Source: Aplysia californica
Taxonomy: Eukaryota
Direction: 5' to 3'
Assembly: GCF_000002075.1 (NCBI RefSeq)
Contig: NW_004797285.1
Span: 1,653,232 to 1,717,231 of the forward strand
DNA: 64,000 nucleotides
Part shown: positions 1-15,300 of the stretch, piece after piece
Position numbering within the stretch: position 1 is the first letter of the stretch
How the letters are laid out: each line of letters opens with the position of its first letter
Notes under the pieces: model-generated
What the model saw: only the letters and a program-made list of their open reading frames with translations
Told to the model about the DNA's origin: nothing
Database searches by the model: none
Made by a program: the position numbers and the translations under genes

Positions 1-43
<43 letters not shown>

Positions 44-102
44 GTTTTGTATGAATGAAAGTAGTGTGCTGATATAACATTAAATATGATAATGTTTTGC
101 AG

Positions 103-331
103 TGACAATGACAAAAACCCATGGCATCAAGTAGATTTCCAGACAGCACAGAACTTGTCAGGTATCTTGACTCAAGGAAGTCCATCTTCAGAGAAGTGGG
201 TGTACACCTTCACAGTGAGCACCAGCAATGATGGAATCAACTTTGAAACCATCAAGGATGATCAAGGGCAGGAGGTTACCTATTATGGCAACGCTGACAG
301 GAATACTGTGGCCAGAAACTACTTCCCCAGA
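103..331 (+). CDS. exon: discoidin domain 1, middle
   Basis: tgcag|...|gtaagt; [12 protein letters not shown]...LTQG...[17 protein letters not shown]; phase 2/0. Confidence 0.9.
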
Positions 332-3300
332 GTAAGTGTTGCTAAGTTGTGGAGAAAGTGAGAGGGTTGAGAATATTTTGTGTCCAGTAGTTTTTTATGT
401 TTGTATTTGTTTTCAGAAAGACTATTTAGTTATTGTCGATGCTGTGCTGGAACCTTGTTTACTTGCATTTCAAAATTTTACAGGTGAAACAAAAAAACTG
501 TTTAACGTTGTTAATGTTAACACTTAAAAATTTTGTCAATGTATTGTTATGGGTCTTAGACAAAATCTTGCAATGAAGTATGTGTTTTACCTGAGCACAT
601 TATTACACAATCTGATTTAGCAACAAAAATTTTTTGTGTAGGGAGCTTCTCTGTTTTAAGCCCTGCCCCTTTGAAGCTTGTAAGATGTTAATGAGGTTAG
701 AACAGATCAGACATAGCTTTTTCCCTGGACTAACCTGGCTACCTTTGGGTTGTCTTTAAATGCACACGTTTAACACGCTCTGGGTCATTTTATGATGTCC
801 TGATGGCCTGCTAGTGAGGTATTATTTGTTTAGCGTGAGTGAAAATTTCTTTGTCCCTCTACATATCAAGTGAAATCGATTTTAAAAAGTGACCTTGTCT
901 AAGAAAATAGGAAGTTTCACTGACCCGCCTCTGATGAAGCCTCACTATATTGGGTTAAAGAGGTTTAACGGAGCACTTGTTGCTTTGTGCAGGATGGCGA
1001 GGTTCATGCAAAACTTAAAAGTGCGTTTTTGAGCATTTGTATTTTGAATCTGAAATTAATATTTATACACATTGTGTATCAAGGTATCAGAAATATTTTG
1101 GTGAAAAAAACAAACAATTTTCGCCAAAAAGCTCCCAACATTTAGAAGGAAGTATATCCTGAGATTTCTCTTAAAGTGCTGCAGAATGTATGTGACCAAC
1201 TCCATTGACACTACGCTACAAGAAAAGCTTAATGGGCCAACAGAAGAACTAAGCAGAATGGCATCGTGTATGATAGATGCCATACTTCAAGGATGATAAG
1301 ATTAAGATGAAGATGTTGCAGAGGGAGGATTGACAATGTGGTATTTGACCATTGAATGAATGTGTCTGCAGGTGACTGTAGCCCGCTACGTGCGAGTGAA
1401 TCCAAAGACATGGGCTGCAGGCGGACCTGCCTTGAGGGTGAATTACATCGGTTGCTTTTTCTCGGACTTCTCCACACCGAGGCCGACAGTGCCATTTGTT
1501 CAACCACCAACTGGTCCCACAGGCATCCCAACAGTGTCACCAACCTGGCCGTCCTCCTGGTCATCGATACCCACCTCCCCTACAGTGGCTCCCCCTACAC
1601 CGTTTACACTGGTGCCTAGTAAGTGGAATGATTTCGTATTGTGATAGTGAAAATTATCTTATGTACAATGGGTTCAGTTATGCAACATCCGTGATACACT
1701 GCTGTAAGAAAATAGAGGGGCTCAGGGTATGTTGACCACAAGATAGCAAAAGCATTAAAGAAATTGCTGGTACTACATTTTGATAGGAGGGGCTCCTAGA
1801 CTGAAAGTATTGTTTTCTAATGTGTGTGTGGATTGGGCATTTGTTTCATGTCTGTTGCTGCATTCTGAGAAACATGAGCTGATATATAAACTGCAAAAGT
1901 AAGTGCTGTTTGTCAGTGTGAACGAAAGTGAGTGAAAATGGCTGAAGAGAATCTAAGAAATCACGGTGAAGTAACAGCATGTGTCCTTTTCCAGATGTTA
2001 TTTGCAACGTGCCCATGAACGTGGATGTGGTTAGCTTGATGCCAAATAGGCTGCTGACAGCATCTAGCGATCAAGGCACAGGAACTCTGCCCAGTGATGG
2101 ACGTATGCAAAATCCAGTCTACTCTTGGCAACCAGAGTGAGTCTCTTTTCTTCAGTACTAGTTGTTTCCATCTCATTAGTTGCCTTTGTATGAGAAAGAA
2201 GTAAGTAGAATAATGAAAAAGTATGCAGTCTTTAAGTTTAATTTGTAAATTTCTAAAGCTTTGTTTGAAGGCTACATTTCAGGAACAACCAGTCAATATG
2301 TTTGNNNNNNNNNNNNNNNNNNNNNNNNNNNNNNNNNNNNNNNNNNNNNNNNNNNNNNNNNNNNNNNNNNNNNNNNNNNNNNNNNNNNNNNNNNNNNNNN
2401 NNNNNNNNNNNNNNNNNNNNNNNNNNNNNNNNNTATAGGTGATCATTTTGTTGATTAAAGTTGGCAATACTGGATCATGCATCACAACGTTTATATAAAT
2501 AACAATGCAATTTATTCTTGCTCTCTACGAAAGTATAAAGTTATCGGAAAATTTGTAAAATCATGAATGAAAACGAAGTAAATCATAATAAAATCATATC
2601 AAAACAAAGCACAAAAAATCACAGTTTTAAATCAAATAATGATCACGATTACATCTGACTTTTAAATGCCTTTATGAATAGCTCTTATTGATTGGATTAA
2701 TATGAATGAATATGACTGTGGACAATAGGGCACGATAGAAAACAGTAAATAATATGACCAATTAGAAAAGCCATTAATCATTAATGAGATTCGAACAGAG
2801 TGGTTTACAGGCAGTGTAGTGATAGAATAAAAACAAATCATGGTAAATGAAAACAAATTTTTAACTTGTATGAAAAAGAAAAAATGAGGAGTGAAAACAA
2901 CTTTTGAACTTAAATGGAAAAAAAGAATGAATAATTAAAAACTGCTGTCAAGCAGTTGACCAGTATTAGGTTATGACTATGATAGGTGAAAACAAGTTTT
3001 GAAAATAAATGTTTTAAAGTATGTTATAAAAAAGACCTAAACAATCAGCATATGACTAGATCAGAATATTGAAAATATATTGGCACCCACAATATAGAAA
3101 AAGACTGGCTTACTGTTAGTTCCTTATGTTCAGACTCTGCTGAGGTTTGGTTATCATTGATGTGAGTGTGTTTGCCATGGCCATGGCAAAATGGAGACAA
3201 TGGTCAAGCTGAGCAGTGTCTGACTGAAGCTTTGATGAGATTTCAGACAAGTCTGACAGGGTGTTTTCATAGAAAATAAAAATCAATAATTCCCCCCATT

Positions 3301-6300
3301 CAGGAGTCCCATACTTCGCGGCATTCAGATTTTGAATGAACTTTGGTGACCCCTAAAACCAGTGCTCACACGTGCCGTATCTTGCGATTAAGTTGTGATG
3401 TGAACGCACAGGTTCACTGACCGGTCACGGTGGCGAACCCGACAAGATGGTTGTTTAACTTTCTTTTCTTTTTTTCCCCTCAAGTGACAGCACAGGATAT
3501 ATATTGATTTGTTTTCATGGTGTCAGATTTTTTTAAAACAAAAAAGGGCACTGCAAAAATTGCCGCAGTTGACCCTTTGATTTTAAGGGCATTACGGCAG
3601 ATTGCAAAGACACCAAGGCAAATTGCCGCCGTGCTGCGGTCTGTTTCAAGACCTGTGTGTGTGTGAGTGAGTGTGTGTGTGTGTGTATTTTGTATTGATG
3701 AAAGTGGTGTGCTAATACAGCAATGATTATGGAAATCTTTTGCAGTGACAACGACAAAGACCCATGGCATCAAGTAGATTTCCAGACAGCACAGAACTTG
3801 TCAGGTATCTTGACTCAAGGAAGCCCGTCTTCAGAGAAGTGGGTGTACACCTTCATAGTGAGCACCAGCAATGATGGAATCAACTTTGAAACCATCAAGG
3901 ATGATCAAGGGCAGGAGGTTACCTATTATGGCAACACTGACAGGAATACCGTGGCCAGAAACTACTTCCCCAGAGTGAGTGTTGCTAAGTTTTTGTAGAA
4001 ATTGAGAGTTTTGAGAATATTGTGGGTCTAGAGGTGTCTATGTTTGTATTTGTTACTGATGAAGTGGAGTCATGCTGAGTTTTTCAGGAGTTGTAAAAGT
4101 TTGATTAGATGTAAAAAGTAGGTGTGGAAATACAGATATGAAAGGTGAAGCTTTTGACTATCAGAAGGAAGTATGCGTTATGATTTTTTGTAGGTCATGC
4201 GGAAAATGCACTGAAAATGTGATATTTGACTATTGAATGAAAATGTCTGCAGGTGACTGTAGCCCGCTACGTGCGAGTGAATCCAAAGACGTGGGCTGCT
4301 GGCGGACCTGCCTTGAGGGTGAATTACATCGGTTGCTTTTTCTCGGACTTCTCCACACCGAGGCCGACAGTTCCATTTGTTCAACCACCAACTGGTCCCA
4401 CAGGCATCCCAACGGTGTCGTCAACCTGGCCGTCCTCTTGGTCATCAGTACCTTCAGTTGTGTGTGTGTCGAGGTGGTCCTCTTGGATAAATAACGTCTC
4501 CCCCATTGGCAGCTCTGGTGATTTTGAGAAGATGTCTAAAGATGAGTTGACGAGATTCTGCCCAGGTGGAAACATCACAGACATTCAGTGTGTTGATTCT
4601 GATACAAATGATGACTCTGTCTCTTTGGCAGAGGCGACTTGCACAGTGGAAAGGGGACTGCGTTGCATTAATAACCCCATTACTGGTGTTCCATGTAGAG
4701 ACTACAAGATCCGATATCTTTGCAACTGTTCAGGTACATCGTTTTTATATTTGTAAACAAGTAGTTTGTGTGGTGTCATGGGAAGACCTGCTTTTTTCTT
4801 TTCGAATTGAGATTTTAGTGAAACCAGAAAAATCACTTATTTTTATAAATTTTGATATGCGTTTTATTTCATAGAACATAATTTTTACATTGATATTTCA
4901 TCATTTTGTTATGGAACGTTGCAACTGAAAAATGATTTTACATTCTAGTGGCTGAATAAAAAAAATTTGCCTTTGTCTTCCATAATTGATGCTTTTTGTA
5001 ACCTAGTACACCAAGCAGTTGTCCACAGCAAACAGGGAAGTGTCGTACATCACTAGAAAGGCCATCTTATACCCTTGATTGATAACCAGCAGTCCTGGAA
5101 GATATTTTCACTAAAAAAATTACAGCGCAATAGTAGGCCTATTTATGATTATAGATGTGTCAAAGTCTTCAATAGCAACAGATAATTCAAAACGGTGCCA
5201 ATATTTTACCCAAAATAACATTTGTGTTGCGTTTTATCTGTTTGAAAAGCAAAATTTCTACGGTTACTTTATATTTTTTTGTTCTGAATGTAAACTAGTG
5301 GAATCAATTATAAAGTGTAAAGAAGTCATGTGGACTTTTTTGTCACTTTCACTTGCTCCCCACCAGGGCAGTGCTACTGATTGAAGTTGTCTTTAGGCCT
5401 TTCCCAAAGAGGGGATATTAGCATGTTCTCATGCACAATAGAATTGTAAATAGGCTGATTTACCAATATCATGCTCATACTGTGCCGGAACGACATGTGG
5501 AAACTGCTGCTTTTTCTTTTCTCATCTTTACTATCGTCATTTGCCTTTACTTCTTTTGTATGTTTGTCACTCTCCATTGAACTGCTGTTTCTGGGATACC
5601 TTGATAGTTGAAGCAGACTTTGTGCTTTTGAGGCTAGAGAGGTGAATAGAGTAAGCCTGGTTCCTCATTTGGACTTTTCTGTTTACGTCCACCCCTTGGC
5701 GCTCATAACAGTATGATGTAGCGAGCACTGTAAAATCTTGCTAAGACAAACATGTCCTGTTACTTTTTTCCCAGTTTAACACCCAGTTATATTGAAGATA
5801 TTGAAACAAAGTTAGTTGTTGCTTTGGACCAATCAAGATATTGACCACAAAAAGGTGCAAAATTCTTTTCCTCCAATTTCTTTTTTAGGAGGAGATGTGG
5901 CCACATGTTTGAATGAAATAAAAATTGTCTTATTTGGGAGAATTGCTGCTTGATAGCTGGCTCAGTTGAGAAAAGTTTTTGTCAGGCGCATTCTATTTTC
6001 ACTTCCTATTAATCTACTTTCTATCTTTCACTAGACTACAAAAAGTTTTCATTGTTATGTTTTTAAGTTCACATGATTCAAATCAGCGAGTCAAATTTTC
6101 CCCGTTGTATCCCTTGAATGCTTGCTGTGAGCAGATAATGGTTTATTGTCCGATTGCTTTGACACTGCAGTGTACTGTGCTACACTAAAAGGGAGCTAAT
6201 CGCTTTAATAAAACAAAACAAATTTCAATGACGACTTTTGCAACTTGCAAGGAAAAAGTTGTCGTTCATAATGACTTACAACCTTGGAGGATAGAGGTGC

Positions 6301-9300
6301 CATTTAGAATTACTCCTGTGACATTAGTCTCATCAGCTGGCTTACTTTTATAAATGAGTAATTTTCGTCTGTTCGAGGTAACAAAAATAAAGTTCACTAA
6401 TAATAATTTGCCAATGCACACATAATGTTGCATGGCACACCAGTAGGCCAGCAACTAAACAAAAATATTTTAAAAAGAAATCTTGATCCAGTATTTATAA
6501 AGCTTCTTTCTTTGGGCCCTGTATAAACACCACCCTTTGGGTGCATACAAAGGATCACTGCAATATATGATTTACTGTGACCTAACTTACCATTAATGCT
6601 CATTTGGGGTCAGCGACAGCCCCCACATTTCATAGATTTTTCCTCCAAAGACCGTTGTTCAGACATCTCGAAAGGTACACGCAGGTCTGTTGGACCATTT
6701 TTCATAGGTGTAGTATAGATGAAAATAGGTTAATTTTGTATTGTTTTGGATGCATGCTGTAAATCACCTATTTTTAAAAACTCACTTTAAGCTAACATTG
6801 AAGAAAGTGTGTTGGAATCATATTTTGCAATAGCCCTCTTTAGACAGGCTTTTTAGATGTACAAACAAAAAGAACTGAACAAGAGTTTTCTTAAAATCTT
6901 GTTCAATTGATTTGCCTTATACACAAACATCTGCTTAGGAGCATTTACCTCTATATTTCTGGACATAAATAAATGCCTTATATCACAATTAAAGTTGTAC
7001 TTTATTTATAATTCATTCAACTGTATACAATGATGTTTGTGACCTTAGATTTATATCAGTTAATATATTTTCAGATGCGTTCACACCAACACCCAGTGTT
7101 CAACAATTTGGATCTCCAACTCCCTCACCTAGTGCTGGACAGTTTGGGTCCCCAACTCCCTCACCTAGTGCTGGACAGTTTGGATCCCCAACTCCCTCAC
7201 CTAGTGCTGGACAGTTTGGATCCCCAACTCCCTCTCCTAGTGCTGGACAGTTTGGATCCCCAACTCCCTCTAGCGGTGAGTATTGTATTTTGCTAAGGAA
7301 GTATTGTATATTGGGTAATGCAGTTAGATACAGTATAATCCCCTTACATTGTATTATGGACAGCCGATGTATTGACATTTTGACATATCAACATATTTTC
7401 CAATTATGAAATTTTCCTTCTTTATCTTCACTATACAATTTCTCTTATGCCAACTTTTTTTTCGGCCCACTCTGCTTTATTGACATGCCTCCTGGGTATC
7501 TGACGAAGCCCACAAACATAATAAATGGGGAGATAAAGCCACGTCAACGCAATAGTTCTTTAGTAAGTCCGCATACCTGCCAAGTTTCCTATATCGACAC
7601 ACCAGACTTAAGTAGGTCATGTAGGGCCTACACAGTATGTGTAGTCTCCAACACAATGCAGTGCCTCACAGACGTGAGCGTCTCGCGCGCTGGGAATCAC
7701 ATCCCTACCCCCACTTCCGATCGCTCACTCCCTTCCCCATCCCATTCTAAATCTGTCGCTGGCAAGTGCCACGATCAGTGCATAGTTAGTTAGTGCCTCG
7801 CATTTCCATTTTCCCCAGCAAACGGCCATAAACAGGCCTTACAAGGATGCTACAACAAAGTTTGCGCTGGTGTGTAGTGTGCGCCTCGCATTGCTCGGTC
7901 TTCGGTACCATAACTCTAACCCCCCTCCCCTCTGCTTCTTGTTAGTTTCGCTGTGTAGTTGTGTGAATCAAGGGAAGCAGCCAGCTTATTAAAAAAAGTA
8001 GTGTTGTCTTTTTACCGCTGACCTTTCCTTGTTTTTTCCTCTTTGAATTTATATTTATCGACATTTTTATATATCTTTACTTCAAATCCACTTTTCAAAG
8101 CATATCGATATAAGCGGATTATACTGTAATTTATAGATTTTGAGGTGCCTTCTTTGTGGTACATTGATGATTGTTGATGCCCTCATTATTAAAACAGTTC
8201 CATTCCTTCTAGCTCTCCTTTATTTATTGTCATTGTGTTGGGACTTTTTTTTGCATCTTAAGTGCTTTTCACAAGGACTTAACATTGGGCCCTTGACGGG
8301 ATTCAAACCTCAACCTTATGGTTGATAGCCTGAGAACCTAACCTCTAGGTCACCTATGTCACATTTGATACTATGCTTGAAATGATGGATACTATACTTG
8401 AGAAGACGTGATTAGTTCATTTGACTTATTATGTATGCAGCTCTGGCAAATATTTGTTGCATGAAACCTTTTTGCCTATACAATCTTATCAGGTCAGTCT
8501 TTGACACATTTCAGGTCCTGCATGTCGGTACTGGTCTCCTTGGGTCAGCAATAGTGTTCCTGATCCTAGTGCTGGAGAGCTTGATATGTTTTTCCAGAAT
8601 CCAAACGTGCCAGGGGCTTGCTCTGAGAAAGAAGTTATTGGGTATGTTAGCTCTTGTGGTAAAAGAAAGCTGAAATTTGCTTGTACCATTTACAAATATG
8701 CTTTGTGATTCATTGTTTTGACTGTATTCCTGTTCATGGATACCACAAATTGCTGTTCCCTGTCATTTGTTTTTGTCTTCTTTTTTCTTCAACTCTTCTT
8801 TTTCAAGTGTTGTGTTTGTAAACTATGTAACAATAAAAAATCTGTAGCTAATGTCATTGCGTTTGTTTTTTATTTCTTTTTGTTTTTACATAAGGAACAG
8901 AAAATATTTTTTAACATCCCTGTATATTTTGTTTTGGGCTCTATCCAAATCTAAATCTTCACATACCAACTTTCAATGTGTCTACTGTTTTATGCCAAAA
9001 AGTATGTATATTGTATTTATCTGTCATTGATACATTGTCTTCTCTTTTTTTACTTGTAGAATTGAGTGCCGAGAAAGAGTAAGCCGAAGGAGCCATGATC
9101 CCAATGATGATTTGGTAGAGTGCTCCTTGCAAGGTGCATTTGTGATGTGCACAAACATTCCTGGACACATCTGTCCTGACTATGAAGTGAGAGTTTTGTG
9201 CGATGTTTGCTTGAGCCCCTCATCATCTACATCTCTTCCTCCACCCAGTGGTAGTCCTGGTTCCACAAAACCACCGCTTCCTTGCTCAGAGGGCTGGAGT

Positions 9301-12300
9301 GTGCCTATTAGCAGGTTTAGTTTGAATTTCTACTATGTTCGCTTCTTGTGCTGTTTGTGCAATTTATGTTCAAATTATGAAAGTTCTCTAAATGAAAGGA
9401 AGACAAGACAAGGGGGATATAATGTTGACATTGATATTTCTTTTTGTTTTTTGTTTAGGTAATATGAACAGCATTTTGCTAACATATATTGTGTGTTACC
9501 CATTTGTTAAGACCGTAACACTTTAGTGACCAGCTGTCCTGTGGCTTACACATACACCCATCCCTCATAATGGCATGATATTAGTTCTATTGTACAGGCA
9601 CCTCACAAATAACTCAAGAATGTGTTTATGTCTTTTAAGCAAAAGTTTGGAGAAGGTGGATTAGATACAGAAAAAGTCTGATAGTTTTTAAAAAATGCTT
9701 TCTTCATAGTCAGCATTCTCATTGTTGGTCCTGAAGGGAGTGCCACTGGGAAGTGAGAATCCTGATTGGCTGTTACTTAGGTGTTATTGGTAAATGTGTG
9801 GAAAATCTGACTGAGAAAATTAGAAAAATTAGCTGAATTTTGTTTTGTCATTTAGTTTTGCTTCTAAATTGAGCTAGGTTGATCCTAAGATCTTTGGTTT
9901 AAAATTTTAATGGTGCTCTTTTAAAAAGACGCCCCACTGAAATGCAGTGACCTTGAATCAAACCCTTTCAGTGACATTTCTGTAGCTAAATTGTAAAGAG
10001 GAGTCAAGAGTTCTGTCTCTTAGCACTTACCCTTTGAATATAATGGGCATCTATTTCCATTTCAAAATAGGCTTCACAGGAGGCTATTTTCCTCTTTCAA
10101 GTGCTATCTGAGCTAGACGTAGGAATATGCTGAGACATTATGCTGACAAACTGACAATGACACTTTTTTGCAATGAAAAGGAGCCATGTTTCGTTGAGTA
10201 AGACATAATGCACAACTCCGACAAACCAGTTTTGATTTAGTAACAATTATGACTTCTTCCTGAACTGAACTTCTATAATAAACCTTCTCAGCTGAAAGGA
10301 GTTTATGTTTCTTGTGACATGCACTCTACCTTTTAAAGTCAAAGATGTCTCTCTGTTTTCAGGGACCACGATCCCTCTGATGGAATCTTTGAGGTCATGA
10401 AACCAGAAGAATTGGGAAACTTCTGCATCAATGGGCATGTAGATGACATAGTTTGCGTGACTGCTGATGGAACAAATCGAGAATGGTATTCCCTTGACCT
10501 GATCACTACATGTGATGTTGCCTATGGTTTCATATGTGATGCAGACAGTAACATGGGCAAAGTCTGTGTGGAAATGCAAGTCAAGTATCATTGTGCCTGT
10601 AACGGTAAATATCTTTGTCACTATTTTAAATGAAATATCAGAGAGATACCTGTCCAGAAGAATAAAGTTAAAAGATACTGAATAGAATTGAAATTAAATT
10701 ACAATATTGATTAATCATGTTAAAGGCTTAAGAAGTTCTTGTCTGTTTGTTCTTTTCTTTTGTTTCTTCCTTTTTCTATTTTCTGTTTTGTTAAATACGA
10801 ACAGCGTTTTCAATTCTTGTGTTGGAGATCTTGAAGAGTGCAAGGAAGATTTCTCTTTTAATACCTTGATTGTCGTCTGTTGTCTTTGGATGCCTGCCAT
10901 GCTCATTTTTGTACCATTACGTTTTCTTTACAGAAAAAAGCAAAAAGTGACATATATTCTTCTTTGTAAAAATGAAACCGACTTCTTTAGAGAATGTCTT
11001 GTTTTACTCCTTATTTATCGCATGGGATGTGTCAAGACTAAGAATTTTTTTTTCACAAAATTTATGACAGCTGTGCCCAGTGTGTCAACCACTCCTGTGA
11101 CTGTTGAACCTGTCAGACCTTGTGTGAAAAGCGAATGGCTACAGTGGGTGAATAGAGACACTCCGGACTCTGGAGATGGGGATCGTGAACTGATGAGTCT
11201 TGATGAACTGAACAAAGCTTGCGTTGGTGGGCAGGTGAGTTTCCCTATCCCAGTGGTTACTAAAACTGACATAATCTGATTCAAACAAATAAACTGAGTG
11301 GATATCCATCTTTTATGATAACCTAATTTTAAAGCTGACATATAAAAATTGTTCTTTTATCTTTCATATAGAAATGATTCTGTCTTGTACAGAGTTATGG
11401 TGAACTGAAGACTAGATTATATAGGAACAGGTTTGACTATTCTTTATTCCAGGGTGCCACTCTGTCTTTTCTCTTTACCACTTATTTTACATAGCTCGCT
11501 GTGACAAATTTCTTCCTGTTTGCATGTTTTTTTGTTTAAATGGTTAACTGGACCAACTACATCCACTTTTTAAAAGGAAAATTATACATTTTTCAGTTAA
11601 CTTTTATTTGATCATTTAAAGACTGAATTGCTTGTTTCAGGTGGTAAGTATTTGAAATAAGACTAGCTGAGACTTGAAATGACATTTTTATCACTCTGTT
11701 TAACTCTTAGAAATCAGTTATGAAATCTAGCTTTGTGTCAACATCAGAAAAATGTTTTTCATGTAGCAGTTAAACAAAGTAATTCAGCCTAAAAAAGTAT
11801 ACGTTTCCCCAGAAAGTTTTTCTATTTAAAGGAAATAATTATATTTTTGGCAATTAATAAGGAACCTCTAAATGTAAAATGGGATTACTTTGAACATAGT
11901 TTTCTTCTTCTTTCATAAGAAATGACCAGTTCCTTTGTCTTTAGAGAATGTCTCCATGTTTCATGCAAATATGCTTATAATCCTCTCCCAAAAAAAATTT
12001 AGTGTGAGAACTTGGTTGTGATATTCATATATATTTTTAAAAAAAACAAGACTTTGTTTTGAATTGTTGCATAAGAACAATATAATCAAAGATAACATGG
12101 TCTAACTGATGTTTTCATATTTATTATTATTTTTTTTTAGATAACTGATATCCAGTGCTACACTACAAGTGGGACCCCCTATGACGTTACAGGAGAAGCA
12201 GTCACATGCACTCTCCAGGCTGGCCTGATATGTCGCAATTCCAATTTTAGAAATTGTCTAGATTACAGAGTGCGATATCGCTGTGAATGTAACAGTAAGT

Positions 12301-15300
12301 TATTTTCATATATTTTCTCTTGATTTTATGCTTTTTAGGGCATATGGAGGAAATAAAAAAAAACAAAAAACTTACTACATGATCATTTCAAGAACTATTC
12401 ACATGTAACACTACCACTAAGCCTGACCTTTTCTTCCTCCGCAATCTAAGTTTGTCGTACATAAATGCCCAATGATTTGCACTAGTGTTATGGGGTAACG
12501 CTGCTGTACGAATTAATGGAGAATACAGTGAATATAAGCAGGGTAGGTGAGGAGTGAGGCAGGGATGTGTTATGTCACCAAACCTCTTTAACATGTACAG
12601 TGAAACAATCCTTAGAAACATAGAAGAATGTCCAGGTCTCAAAATAAATGGAGAAAAGGTTAATAACATCAGGTATGCAGATGACACAGTTTTGATAGCA
12701 GGCTCAGAAAAGGACCTTCAATTGCTTCTAGATACTGTTGTAACAGAAAGCGAACGTAAAGGATTATTGTTGAATGTAAAGAAAACAGAATGCATGGTAA
12801 TATCCAAAAAAGCTGCAAAGCCTAGTTGTAATCTCATTAGCAAAGGTGAAAAGATCAAACAAGTCCAACAGTTTAAATTTCTAGGATATATGATAACATC
12901 TGATGCAAAATATTCCTCAGAAATAAGACGCAGAATTACAAAGGCTAAGGCTAGTTTCAATAAAATGAGCCCAATCCTGAAAAATAGAAACATTTCAATG
13001 AACACCTAAATGAAAGTTCTGAAATGCTATGTTTGGTCAACCCTTCAATATGGCTGTGAATGCTGGACAATCACTAAAGACAGTGAAAATAAAATAGAAG
13101 CAACAGAAAGGTGGTTTCTTAGGAGACTGCTAAGAGTATCGTGGAAGGAAAAGAAATCAAATGGGGTAGTGCTTGATGAAGCCCACGTGGGACGCTCAAT
13201 GTTAAAAACAATCAGGAAACGACAAATGCAGTTTTTGGGACACATAAATTGACATAAGGGTCTTGAACATCTAGCTCTCAATGGCAAAATTGAGGGCAAG
13301 GGAGGCAGGGGAAGGCTCAGAACGACATACTTAGGGAACCTAAACAAATGGGTAACAGGAAAAGATCAGGGAAACATAGCTTTTTTGAGAGCATCCGAGC
13401 GAAGGAATGAATGGAGAACCATGATCGCCGATGTCTGTCGCAGATCTGGCACTGGATGATGATGATGAATGAGATGAAAAGAAATGAAGATATAGCAAAC
13501 AAAGATGATGCAACAAAATGCTGAAATGGGTTTCTTCCCAACAGTGTTAATTAATAGCTGCAAAACAGGTGTAGAGGGAATTGTATGAACTTTGAATTTA
13601 TAATTGTTGCACTATTGCAACTCTTAGTCAATTGTTTGCAATGATCTACTGTTTTAAAAAATTTTTTTTTAGATGTTCCAAGTCCATCCCCAAGCATGGG
13701 ATCCTTTGGATCTCCAACACCCTCGCCTGGTGCTGGACAGTTTGGATCCCCAACTCCCTCACCTAGTGCTGGACANNNNNNNNNNNNNNNNNNNNNNNNN
13801 NNNNNNNNNNNNNNNNNNNNNNNNNNNNNNNNNNNNNNNNNNNNNNNNNNNNNNNNNNNNNNNNNNNNNNNNNNNCCCCGACACCATTTTCTCCAGAACC
13901 TTGTTTTAGTGGATGGTCTGGTTGGGTGAACAAACATTCACCAAACCCTTCCCTTGGTGAATATGAAAAACTGACTGATACTGAACTGAACAACTTCTGT
14001 CCGGGAGGCAAGATTTCTGATATTGAGTGCAAGACTAACAGCTCTCAAAATAATGTTGCTACTCTACCAATAGCAAATTGCACTGTGCAGAATGGCTTGG
14101 AATGTGATGGTAACCCCACTTTCGGATTCTACTGCCCAGACTATATGGTTCGATACAAGTGTGATTGTTCAGGTGAGATTTCTTTGCATGGACTTCTTAT
14201 ACTCTAATAACATGTAGTTTAACTGATATGCTCATGGTGACTGTAGTTTCTCTAGTTGTTAAGGAAGGAGTAGATAGGAAATTAGAATCAACAGTTAAAC
14301 AATTTTTCAAATTTTTATCAGGACAATAATTTATTTGATATCAGTTACCTATTTTAAGAAATCCAATCTACTGTCATGATGTGTCATGAAGCCCTTAAAT
14401 TCTCTCTATTTACCAAGCAAAAATAAAAAGAAAGCTGATGTGGGTGGGAAGGTATGTGTAAAATGTTCTTGTCAGCTGTCTGTCTGCTATATGTGCCCAA
14501 TAAAAAAAGTGCTGAAAGAAGCAATGTATAAAGAGATAAAAAAAAGCCAAGTGAGTTATTGTTGTAAAAGTATTGCTGTGTTCAAACTACAGTAAAATTG
14601 TTATATACTGAAATGGGTTTCTTTGCTCTTTAAAACAATTTTGCGAACCTGAAATGGGTAACCACAATAGTGTTATAATGTCAGCCTTTTAGCGGTCATA
14701 TTCTACTTTAAGTATAGCTATTTCTGCTGGGATAACTTTTGTTAACATGTCTTAGTGTCGAACAACCCATCTCAGAAACTGCCAGTAGTGACATTTATTT
14801 GATTCCCAAACTAATTTATATGAATATCCAGTTTTTAGATCTAACTTAAAGTCCTTTGCTGAAAACTAGAAAATTCTTATCTTTTCTGTAGGGCCACCCC
14901 TTGCAGCTACTTTGTATGTATGTATGTAGTATAGGGTTTTATGACTAAAGGCGTTCGTTTTGTTCAGTTTCTCTCATTAGTGCCCTTTGTTGTATTCATC
15001 CCTAACATCATGGTTTACAAGCTTTCAAAACTGAAACAGATCATGTCAGTAATATTAACCCCTTCCTTGCCCTTAAAAAGGTATGCCTTTTGTTAGGGTC
15101 ATCATCATCATCATTGCCTTTCTCACCCTGCACCAGGGTATAGGCCACGGACAAACACCCCCCACTTTTCTCTATCCTGGGCNNNNNNNNNNNNNNNNNN
15201 NNNNNNNNNNNNNNNNNNNNNNNNNNNNNNNNNNNNNNNNNNNNNNNNNNNNNNNNNNNNNNNNNNNNNNNNNNNNNNNNNNTAACTGTTTACATCCGAC

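Noticed and set aside
5007-5100. Possible extra small exon
   Set aside because: In-frame stop in the required phase and no convincing donor site.
7101-7272. 36-bp repeats as a CRISPR array
   Set aside because: No spacers; units are contiguous, in frame and inside a spliced eukaryotic exon.
10707-11070. Hydrophobic 190-aa ORF suggesting a membrane protein
   Set aside because: T-rich intron read-through upstream of the real exon 11071-11234.
13776-13875. Apparent frameshift within exon 13673-14172
   Set aside because: The frame change lies across a nominal 100-N gap in a repeat array; the true gap length is unknown.
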